From contig JANMKN010000091.1 of assembly GCA_031372065.1 (NCBI GenBank), positions 1-15,193 of the forward strand: a stretch of DNA of 15,193 bases, read 5' to 3'. This stretch comes from Abditibacteriaceae bacterium (GTDB lineage: Bacteria > Armatimonadota > Abditibacteriia > Abditibacteriales > Abditibacteriaceae). The position numbers and the translations under genes are program-made. Below are positions 7,868-14,805 of the stretch, piece by piece. The stretch's first letter is position 1. The number at the start of each line of letters is the position of its first letter. A model generated the notes under the pieces. That model was not told where the DNA came from, did no database searches, and worked only from the letters and a program-made list of their open reading frames with translations.

Positions 7868-7895
7868 GTCGCAGATAATACAATTTATGTGCGAT
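7868..7895. other. dif-like tyrosine recombinase core site (11-6-11)
   Basis: GTCGCAGATAA-TACAAT-TTATGTGCGAT. The inverted arms (9 of the inner 10 bp complementary) flank a 6-bp spacer and show the ATAA-N6-TTATGT signature of dif sites. The site is intergenic. Confidence 0.8.
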
Positions 7896-7976
7896 AGAAC
7901 CCGTTTTCTGATTTAATTATTTTTGAATTGTTTTTGTTCTGTTCGTCCGTTTCGTTCGTCTTCGCCCTACTTCTCC

Positions 7977-8327
7977 ATGTCCGACTCCTCGAACATCCTT
8001 AACCCTATCCACAATTTTGCCGTGCGGATGTTCCCTGACGATTCAGGACAATGGACTGTTGCAGAGATGGTGGCCGCCACGCAAAAGCAATATGAAGCAC
8101 CTGATGACTTGCAAATCACCGAACCCCAATTTCGCAATGCGATTCGCAGTCTGCGGGAACGCACAACCAAATTCCCCTTGGCTGACAGCATTGACGAAAT
8201 CCCTTGCAGCGATGCCACACGCTATCCACCAGCTTCGGCTCGCCTCATTTTGCGCACCGTGATTCGCGGGCGCTTGCCAAAAAACTTAGCGCAAAACCCA
8301 CCTTCACTCAATGTAGAACAAGCCTAA
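7977..8327 (+). CDS. Small hypothetical protein, possible MerR/excisionase-like helix-turn-helix
   Basis: 116 aa from ATG 7977. WTVAEMVAA...ITEPQFRNAIRSLRER...TRYPPASARLILR loosely fits a MerR-like winged HTH. The function call is tentative. Confidence 0.55.
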   Translation: MSDSSNILNPIHNFAVRMFPDDSGQWTVAEMVAATQKQYEAPDDLQITEPQFRNAIRSLRERTTKFPLADSIDEIPCSDATRYPPASARLILRTVIRGRLPKNLAQNPPSLNVEQA

Positions 8328-8455
8328 AATGAATCTCTATACTGGTAACGACACACAAGTAACGTTCTGGCATGAAAAATTAAGAGTAGACCCATAAAGC
8401 ATTCGCTTTAAAAGCACCCTTTGGCTTGGGCACTATAGGAAAGGCTCAAGTTATC

Positions 8456-8797
8456 ATGAGCACAATTTCTCAATCAGCCGTGCCTGTGCGTGGCCCTGAT
8501 GGTTTGCTGTTACCTCCTAAACAAGATTTAGTGGCTTTTGGCTTGCTCGGCGCCGACGGACGTTTGCGCGAAAAACCACAGCCAATTACTTGCCAAGATT
8601 GTGCGGAGCGCATCGGTAGTGACGGCGGCTTACTATGCGTGCGCATCGGCCAATTTCTTTGCTATTATCACTCCAAAGGCAAATTTAAAGACGGTAGCCC
8701 GCGCGGACGTTGGTTGCTTGTTCAATTTCAGTGCGCCAATCAAGGCAAAGCCGTTGTGATTTGTGATTTCGGCCACCGCTGCGAAATTCCGCTGTAA
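8456..8797 (+). CDS. Cys-rich zinc-finger protein (Com-like), candidate RNA-binding late regulator
   Basis: 113 aa from ATG 8456 (purine-rich AGGAAAGG upstream). ITCQDC...LLC and terminal VICDFGHRC provide CxxC plus CxxxH/C metal ligands. It ends 21 nt before a late promoter. Confidence 0.6.
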   Translation: MSTISQSAVPVRGPDGLLLPPKQDLVAFGLLGADGRLREKPQPITCQDCAERIGSDGGLLCVRIGQFLCYYHSKGKFKDGSPRGRWLLVQFQCANQGKAVVICDFGHRCEIPL

Positions 8798-8818
8798 ATC
8801 CTCGTTGTAAACCGGCTC

Positions 8819-8827
8819 TGCTATAAT
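8819..8827 (+). promoter_or_regulatory. Extended -10 promoter for the terminase unit
   Basis: TG-C-TATAAT is a perfect TGnTATAAT, directly upstream of the leader box and hairpin. Confidence 0.75.
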
Positions 8828-8849
8828 CTTTTTTGACATTCAAATTATC

Positions 8850-8918
8850 AGGCCCAGAGCCGCGTTTTTCGTATTCTTGTGTTCCCACAGAATTAGGAAA
8901 GCGCGGTTTTTTGTTTTT
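8850..8918 (+). terminator. Leader attenuator 1: AGGCCCAGAGCCGC box overlapping an intrinsic terminator
   Basis: Box at 8850-8863. Stem 8856-8870 pairs with 8896-8910 (four G-U pairs) and encloses an inner ATTCT-GTG/CACAGAAT stem. The U-tract TTTTTTGTTTTT spans 8907-8918. It lies between the promoter and the first gene. Confidence 0.8.
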
Positions 8919-8952
8919 GCGGGCACTTGAATTGGCAATAGCACAATCGGCA

Positions 8953-9315
8953 ATGGCACAAAACGAAAAAGAAATTCAACAAATTACCTTCCTTGCTTCG
9001 TTTCCTCCCATTGCCTCGGCGATTTTGCGTTCTGGTGCTGGCGATGGAATGCAAATCAAACTCAGCATCCCTGAATCGGAAATGGGCAATGCGATTCGCT
9101 GCCAATTGTGGCCGGGCAAGCATTTAGAAATTACGATGAGGGTTCTCAATGACGAAGAAATCCGCAACCTCCACCAAAAAAACAACCGTCAACAAGACAA
9201 CGGCGAAGGCCACCAAGACAGTGAAGAAACCAATGGCGGCGAAAGTGGAGAACGTCGAACTCTTAAGCGGGCAGCGCCACGACGGCGAGTCAAACGCGGC
9301 GATAATCGCGTGTAA
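8953..9315 (+). CDS. Phage hypothetical protein preceding the small terminase
   Basis: 120 aa from ATG 8953 with a folded-looking N-terminal half (ITFLASFPPIASAI...GDGMQIKLSIPESEMGNA). The track's TTG start at 8833 would run through the leader terminator and is unlikely. Confidence 0.7.
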   Translation: MAQNEKEIQQITFLASFPPIASAILRSGAGDGMQIKLSIPESEMGNAIRCQLWPGKHLEITMRVLNDEEIRNLHQKNNRQQDNGEGHQDSEETNGGESGERRTLKRAAPRRRVKRGDNRV

Positions 9316-9994
9316 CGATTGGCTGCGTCTGGGGCCGGGACGCTCCTTGCGCCGTTTGCTGGACATTTACTTTCAGGCCAAAAACCCACCAAAACCCACC
9401 AGCACCCACCAAAATTCGCCTTATCAACTGCCTTATGAGCCGCCGACTTGCTCACTGGACACAATCAAAGGCTGGTCTTTGCAGTTCGATTGGAAAAACC
9501 GCGCCGTGTTTTTCGATCAGGAAGGCGAGGAAGCAAAAAACGCGCGACGCAAGGAAGTTTTCGGCTCCGGTTTGGGGTTGGACTTTGAACGTGTTGAAGC
9601 CCTGAACAATATAGCCAACTTGCTCTATGGGCAGATTTTTGAAACCAGCGAATCGGGCGACTTCGACCATGAAATCAGCATTGAAGGCTCCAAAGCACGC
9701 GAGTATCACAATCTCTGGGTGCATGATGTGAAAGCCATTGGCAGTGGGGACTTTGCCGAGCGTGTTGACCTTGAGCGCTTCAACTCTTCTATTTTGTCGG
9801 AATTTCGCTCCCTGCTGACGGAGATCGCACAAGAAACCGGCGGGCGGCGCAAAGGCGCCCAGCTCGAAGCGTTTATCAAAAAGGTTCAAGAGAGGCTCGA
9901 CACCTCCAAGCTAAAAGCTGAACAGGTGGAGCGCATACGTGCCGGCGAACACTGGATCATCGTTCTTCTCGAACCCTATATGCTTGGCGAGTAA
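9149..9994 (+). CDS. Putative terminase small subunit
   Basis: GQRHDGESNAA...WLRLGPGRSLRRL...TIKGWSLQFDWKNRAVFFD is an HTH pattern typical of small terminases. RBS GAGGG at 9138-9142. It lies directly upstream of, and overlaps, the large terminase. Confidence 0.78.
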   Translation: MTKKSATSTKKTTVNKTTAKATKTVKKPMAAKVENVELLSGQRHDGESNAAIIACNDWLRLGPGRSLRRLLDIYFQAKNPPKPTSTHQNSPYQLPYEPPTCSLDTIKGWSLQFDWKNRAVFFDQEGEEAKNARRKEVFGSGLGLDFERVEALNNIANLLYGQIFETSESGDFDHEISIEGSKAREYHNLWVHDVKAIGSGDFAERVDLERFNSSILSEFRSLLTEIAQETGGRRKGAQLEAFIKKVQERLDTSKLKAEQVERIRAGEHWIIVLLEPYMLGE

Positions 9995-11855
9995 TCCGCT
10001 CGATGCCGATTCCCAATTCCTGCAAAAGCTGGAAGCGGAACACGTCCTGCGCGCTTCCTACGCCGCTGATGTGGAGGCTCTTCAGGAAAAGCAGGAACAA
10101 ACAGCACTCGCAACCGAATCTCTCGCTGAATTCGTCAAGCAAGCGTGGCATATCATGGAGCCAGACACGCCACTTTTGTGGAACTGGCACCTCGACTGCA
10201 TTTGCGCGCATCTGGAAGCTGTCACCTTCGGCCTGATTCGCCGCCTCATTATTAATGTGCCGCCGGGGCACATGAAATCGCTCATAACTTCGGTCTTCTG
10301 GCCTGCGTGGATGTGGCTGCGTCAACCGGGCACGCGCATCTTGTGCGCGTCTTATGGTTTGGATTTAGCGATACGCGATGCCACCAAAACCAAAGACCTT
10401 GTTTTAGATCCGTGGTATCAAGACACCTTCGCGCCGAACTGGCACATCCGCAACGATTCCAAAGCCAAACAAAATTACCAGAACACGGCGCGCGGTTCTC
10501 GTAAAAGTATGTCGGTCGGCAGTGGCACAACGGGTAATCGCGGCCACGGCGTTATTATTGATGACCCGCTGTCCATCATGGATGGCTTCTCTGAAGCCAA
10601 GCGCAGTGAAGCCAGCAAATGGTTATTTCAAGCCGCTCAAAACCGTCTATCCGACCCGCGCACCGGCTGGATAGTGATGATCATGCAGCGCGTGCATCAC
10701 GAAGACCCGACTGGCGCGGCGCTGGAAAAGAAGGTTGATAAATGGGAACTGGTCTGCCTGCCTTCGGAATTTGAGGAGGAGCGCGCCTTTCGAACCCTCT
10801 TAGCCGATTTGCCGCCAGATCACCCCCATTACGAGCGTTTTGCCAAGTGGGGCAAAGACCTCCGCAAATCGCCGGGCGAATTGCTCTTTCCGGCGTTTTT
10901 TACCGATCAAGTTATTGAGGGGCAAAAAGAAGCCCTGCAAGCGTTGGCCTATGCGGGTCAACATCAACAGCGTCCTACGCCGGCGGCGGGCAACATCTTC
11001 CAAGCCGAAATGTTCCTCGAAATTCTTTCGATGGATAAAGGCGAACCGCGTTTGGGGTTGTGGTCAACCTCGCGCCTTTTTGATGGTTCGCTCAAAGTGC
11101 GCGAAGCCTATTTCGCGTGGGATACGGCCATGAAGGACAAAACCACCAACGACTTTACTGCTGGTTGTTTATCCCTATTGTGTGACGATGGCTACGTTTA
11201 TCTGTATCCGGTTGAGTTTCGCCGTATGACGGTGCCGGAAGTCGAAAAACGTGTCGCGCTTTCTTGGGTAGAATGGCGCAATCGCTTGCAGCGCCGGTTA
11301 AAAGGCGCGCGCATCGAAGAGGGCGCGGGCACGGCGCTGATTCAATATATACGCCGTTTGATGCTGCAACGGCGTGAGATGGTAAATTCGCCAATTCCCG
11401 GCTGGTCACAAGATGACTGGGATATGATTCGTGCCACGGATCCCATCAACGTTTTTCCGTTTACAACATCGCAAAAGAAGATTGAAAAGGCTTACGAAGT
11501 GCTGCCTTTTTGCGCGGCGCGCAACGTGCGTTTGTTGGATACGCCACTCTCCTATGGATGGCTTTCCAATCTGCTGGCGTTTCCCCTTGGTGGCAAAGAT
11601 GACCCTGTGGATTCCACCGTCAATGCTATTGGCCCATTTGCCGGTGTGGTCAAGGGCCTTAGCGTTATGCCACCCGAAGAATTGGAAGCTGCGTTGGAAC
11701 CAGACCCTGAAAACGTAGATCTGTCGGTTTATGAAAAGATGATTCCTTTGGATGCAGGCATCGTGAATCAAGCAGAAGATGTAGCATCCCTGATAGATGC
11801 TGCCATGAAGCAAGCTGGATTGGATGATTTCATGGCGGCGCTGGAAGGTGGGTAA
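9939..11855 (+). CDS. Phage terminase large subunit
   Basis: WNWHLDCICAHLEAV, Walker A INVPPGHMKS, Walker B VIIDDP, coupling motif IMQRVH, QHQQRP, and nuclease acidic motifs AWDTA..DFTA and DDPVDS. The exact start is uncertain (GTG 9939 or TTG 9984). Confidence 0.95.
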   Translation: MPANTGSSFFSNPICLASNPLDADSQFLQKLEAEHVLRASYAADVEALQEKQEQTALATESLAEFVKQAWHIMEPDTPLLWNWHLDCICAHLEAVTFGLIRRLIINVPPGHMKSLITSVFWPAWMWLRQPGTRILCASYGLDLAIRDATKTKDLVLDPWYQDTFAPNWHIRNDSKAKQNYQNTARGSRKSMSVGSGTTGNRGHGVIIDDPLSIMDGFSEAKRSEASKWLFQAAQNRLSDPRTGWIVMIMQRVHHEDPTGAALEKKVDKWELVCLPSEFEEERAFRTLLADLPPDHPHYERFAKWGKDLRKSPGELLFPAFFTDQVIEGQKEALQALAYAGQHQQRPTPAAGNIFQAEMFLEILSMDKGEPRLGLWSTSRLFDGSLKVREAYFAWDTAMKDKTTNDFTAGCLSLLCDDGYVYLYPVEFRRMTVPEVEKRVALSWVEWRNRLQRRLKGARIEEGAGTALIQYIRRLMLQRREMVNSPIPGWSQDDWDMIRATDPINVFPFTTSQKKIEKAYEVLPFCAARNVRLLDTPLSYGWLSNLLAFPLGGKDDPVDSTVNAIGPFAGVVKGLSVMPPEELEAALEPDPENVDLSVYEKMIPLDAGIVNQAEDVASLIDAAMKQAGLDDFMAALEGG

Positions 11856-11907
11856 AAGGCAAAATGTTTAATGTATAAAGCATTGAACATTAAAAAGGAG
11901 ATAAATC

Positions 11908-12945
11908 ATGCGCGATGTCAATCTTGAAAGCTGGGCAGTAACGCCCCACCATACTTACTTTATGCACGTCCAGAACGCGCCGGACGCCTCGGCTGTGGGC
12001 CTTTCGCTGGTGCAGATCGGCGATGGAAGCGAGCCATGTATTGGAATTGACTCGCACGAGGGCGACAATTACGCCGGTCATGTGTTAATCGCAGCGGGTC
12101 GGCCCGTGCCGAATATTGAGGTGCAATATTTTAACGACAAGCAATTCATCGCCGAAACACTCACCGATAAATTGGGGCGCCATTCGGTGCGCGTGGCGCC
12201 GGGTTGTTATCAATATCGCTTCTTGTTCCCCGGCGAAAATCGCGAATTCGAAATTTTAGTCAAGCCCGGCCATCGTGTTAAATGGGAGGATATCGGCGCT
12301 TCCGGCGAAATCTTGGATGCCAAAGAGCGGCAAATCAAATTCATTACAGAAGAGGTCGTTTGTCACTGGGATAACTCGGACGGCACGCCATTTCAATGGA
12401 TAGATGTTGTCGAAGTGATTTGCAAAATCGCGGATCGCATTGCCAAAGCGAATGGCACCTTGCGGCAGATTTCCTTTGCACAGTTTTGCCGTCCCGATGT
12501 CATTGAACACTTGAAAATGCGTGGTTGCTGGGCCTTAGAAACGAACTGGCGAGAGTTGCAATTCGCCGGGGCCTACCGCAATTTGCGCTCTATCCTTGCC
12601 GCGAAATTGATTCGCTTGAAAAATCATGAGGAAGCCAATTATCAAATGCTACGCAATACGATATTAGATGAGGCTGGTAAGCGGTTGAATGCGCCGGAGG
12701 GCAGTTTGAATTATTTAGCTCTGGCGCGCATCGCTGTTGTCTACTATGCCTCTACGCTTTCTGGCGCCATCGGCAATGGTTTGGCGATTTATGACCCGAT
12801 GAGCGATGGGCAACTGGGAACAGCGGGCCGTATGCCTAAAAACAGCCGCGAATCCGCTTTTCAAACGTCGTCGGCGGTGGTGCCCAGCGGTTTCGGCGCT
12901 GCTGGTGCGAAAATCTTAGAGCAAGAATGGAATCCAAAGGCGTAG
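11908..12945 (+). CDS. Hypothetical protein: probable inactive terminase-nuclease-like (RNase H fold) domain with inserted carboxypeptidase-regulatory-like beta domain
   Basis: Strong RBS AAGGAG, 345 aa. YFMHVQ..AVGLSL, ISFAQF, AYRNLRSIL...IRL and GKRLNAPEGSLNYLALA follow the order of TerL C-terminal motifs but lack the acidic residues. The internal GHVLIAAGRPVPNIEV...TLTDKLG...VAPGCY resembles a prealbumin-fold repeat. Confidence 0.55.
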   Translation: MRDVNLESWAVTPHHTYFMHVQNAPDASAVGLSLVQIGDGSEPCIGIDSHEGDNYAGHVLIAAGRPVPNIEVQYFNDKQFIAETLTDKLGRHSVRVAPGCYQYRFLFPGENREFEILVKPGHRVKWEDIGASGEILDAKERQIKFITEEVVCHWDNSDGTPFQWIDVVEVICKIADRIAKANGTLRQISFAQFCRPDVIEHLKMRGCWALETNWRELQFAGAYRNLRSILAAKLIRLKNHEEANYQMLRNTILDEAGKRLNAPEGSLNYLALARIAVVYYASTLSGAIGNGLAIYDPMSDGQLGTAGRMPKNSRESAFQTSSAVVPSGFGAAGAKILEQEWNPKA

Positions 12946-12997
12946 CAGAATCGTCCAAGAAACAATTGAAAGCGCGTTTGTGAGTTAGGATAAAATC

Positions 12998-13684
12998 ATG
13001 GGAAAGTCCAACGAAGAGCTAAAAACTGAGTTAGTTGATTTTTTGCGGCGGCTGGAGGAAAAAGCACTACTAATAAATGGTAATCTGCAAACTCTTAAAA
13101 TAATTGACGAATGTCTGCGTGATGACCGCGTTGCTATGTTAAGGATGTTTGAAGGTTATTTTTCCTTAACAATTGATGCTCTGGTCTCCAACATTATTGT
13201 GCGCACGTTCAATATGTATGATGAAAGTCCCAGGGCACAACGGGGAATTCCGCAATTCTTGACCCGCGCTCGTAGCGACGCGCATACTTTAGTGCCACCA
13301 CAAATCGGAGGTCATATGTTGGCACCTGTCTTGGTTTCATCCAAGCAGGATTTGATTCACATGATTGACCATCAACTCCAAAACATCGAAACGGCAAAAC
13401 CAATCCTTGAAAAAATTGCTATTCATCGCTCAAAATATAGGGTTCACAGCGATAAGAAGTTTTTCGATGATCCAAACCTGCTTTTGGGCGAATATCACCT
13501 AAACATTCAGGACTTGGATGAGATTGACGCCTTAACGCGAGCAATTTTGGCAAAGCAACACATTATCATTATTGGGTCTGATTGGACACCGATTTTAGCA
13601 GAGGGCTATGATGTGGTGCGCCTTGTGGAGTTTTTGAAACGCGGGCATGAAGCTTTAAGAAACCAAAGTCGGCCTAAACTTTAA
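12998..13684 (+). CDS. HEPN (AbiU2-like) RNase-domain protein
   Basis: 228 aa, helical composition. ALVSNIIVRTFNMYD and RSKYRVHSDK (R-x5-H followed by xD, 13427-13447) resemble AbiU2-type HEPN domains. It is AT-richer than the flanking phage genes. Confidence 0.65.
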   Translation: MGKSNEELKTELVDFLRRLEEKALLINGNLQTLKIIDECLRDDRVAMLRMFEGYFSLTIDALVSNIIVRTFNMYDESPRAQRGIPQFLTRARSDAHTLVPPQIGGHMLAPVLVSSKQDLIHMIDHQLQNIETAKPILEKIAIHRSKYRVHSDKKFFDDPNLLLGEYHLNIQDLDEIDALTRAILAKQHIIIIGSDWTPILAEGYDVVRLVEFLKRGHEALRNQSRPKL

Positions 13685-13705
13685 ATGAGATTTTGTGAAC
13701 CGTGG

Positions 13706-13735
13706 TTCGCAAAAACCCGAAAAATCGCATAAAAT
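13706..13735 (+). promoter_or_regulatory. Putative promoter of the second late unit
   Basis: TAAAAT at 13730-13735 with a weak -35 (TTCGCA, 13706-13711). It is positioned 18 nt before the second leader box, paralleling the first unit. Confidence 0.55.
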
Positions 13736-13753
13736 AGTTTTTAATTCGACAAA

Positions 13754-13804
13754 AGGCCCAGAGCCGCAACGCCATGATATTTGGCGTTGCGGCTCTTTGT
13801 TTTT
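13754..13804 (+). terminator. Leader attenuator 2: AGGCCCAGAGCCGC box overlapping an intrinsic terminator
   Basis: Box at 13754-13767. Perfect 15-bp stem AGAGCCGCAACGCCA (13760-13774) / TGGCGTTGCGGCTCT (13782-13796) with a 7-nt loop, then TTGTTTTT. Confidence 0.88.
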
Positions 13805-13843
13805 GGCTCGCTGTTTTGGCTTTTTAGTTTTCAGGAGAATCAA

Positions 13844-14755
13844 ATGACGCAAAATCGCTCTTCGCTCACATTGTCCCGCTCTGAACTCGGTTCGTGCCTT
13901 GTCCATTTGGCGCTACGCTACAACGGCGTGCGTGAACAGCCACTCGGTTCCAACTCTGGCCCGCTGGTGCGCCACTTTCAGGCGGCCACCACGCTGGCGC
14001 GCACACAGCCAACAGGCTGGCCGTGGTGCGCCGCTTTCGACGCCTTCATAATGCAGGAATTGTGGCGCGAATTGGGCATTCAGTTGCCAAATCCGTGGCC
14101 CGCCACTGCGTCCTGTGACGAATTGCTGTATTGGGCGCGAAAGCAAGGCATCCTGTTTAACAGTCCAGAGGCCTTTGATTTCTTCCTCGCTATGAAAAGC
14201 GCTGGCGATGCCACACATACCGGCCTTGTCATGGATGTGCAAAGCGATAGCGACATTGAAACCATCGAGGGCAACACAAACAACGACGGCAGTCGTGAAG
14301 GCATTGGCGTCTTTACCTTTGTTGGTGGCAATGCCAAACATGAGGCAAATCGCACTTATGTGCGCTGGCTCAATTTACTGCCGGAAGAGATTCCTATCTT
14401 GCCTCCGTCGCCCACACCATTGCTGGTGGCAGAGCCGCCGTCTCTGACTTCGCCTTCCCGTCCTGAAACACCGCGTTTGATTCTGGCTTTGCCTCCCTAC
14501 TCGCCCGCCGATTACCATGTGATTCAAACGGCACAGTTTGCCGGAGGTGCATGGACGGTAGAAGGCAGCGAAATCCAAAGCATCTTAGGTGAATCGCTAA
14601 ACCTGCCAGCGCATCATCCCGCTTTGACCAAGCGTGATCGCATCCGGGCGTATTTGTTGGCATTGGGACAGAAAATTGACGAAAAGCGCACCATGCTGGG
14701 CAACCATTTGGGCGATGATGATCCCCGCCAATATGTCTTTGTGGCGTCGAATTAG
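13844..14755 (+). CDS. CHAP-domain peptidoglycan hydrolase (putative endolysin)
   Basis: GVRE..GSNSGP.V, PWCAAF (catalytic Cys), HTGLV (His) and TIEGNTN..GSREG, then a Pro-rich linker and an unknown C-terminal domain. Start reassigned to ATG 13844 (RBS CAGGAG). Confidence 0.9.
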   Translation: MTQNRSSLTLSRSELGSCLVHLALRYNGVREQPLGSNSGPLVRHFQAATTLARTQPTGWPWCAAFDAFIMQELWRELGIQLPNPWPATASCDELLYWARKQGILFNSPEAFDFFLAMKSAGDATHTGLVMDVQSDSDIETIEGNTNNDGSREGIGVFTFVGGNAKHEANRTYVRWLNLLPEEIPILPPSPTPLLVAEPPSLTSPSRPETPRLILALPPYSPADYHVIQTAQFAGGAWTVEGSEIQSILGESLNLPAHHPALTKRDRIRAYLLALGQKIDEKRTMLGNHLGDDDPRQYVFVASN

Positions 14756-14805
14756 GAATTAAAACTGAATTAAGCCGGTGAATTGATTCGCCGCAAGGAG
14801 TTTTC

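Noticed and set aside
8833..8952. N-terminal extension of the ORF-track call 8833..9315
   Set aside because: It overlaps the predicted TSS, box and terminator. ATG 8953 is more plausible.
9939..11855. Intein or intron in the large terminase
   Set aside because: The ORF is continuous with all ATPase and nuclease motifs at normal spacing, and no intein splice motifs or homing endonuclease signature are seen.
13781..13843. Apparent hydrophobic signal peptide (MALRLFVFGSLFWLFSF) on the CHAP protein
   Set aside because: It is an artefact of translating the terminator stem and T-tract from a TTG. The real start is ATG 13844 with RBS CAGGAG.
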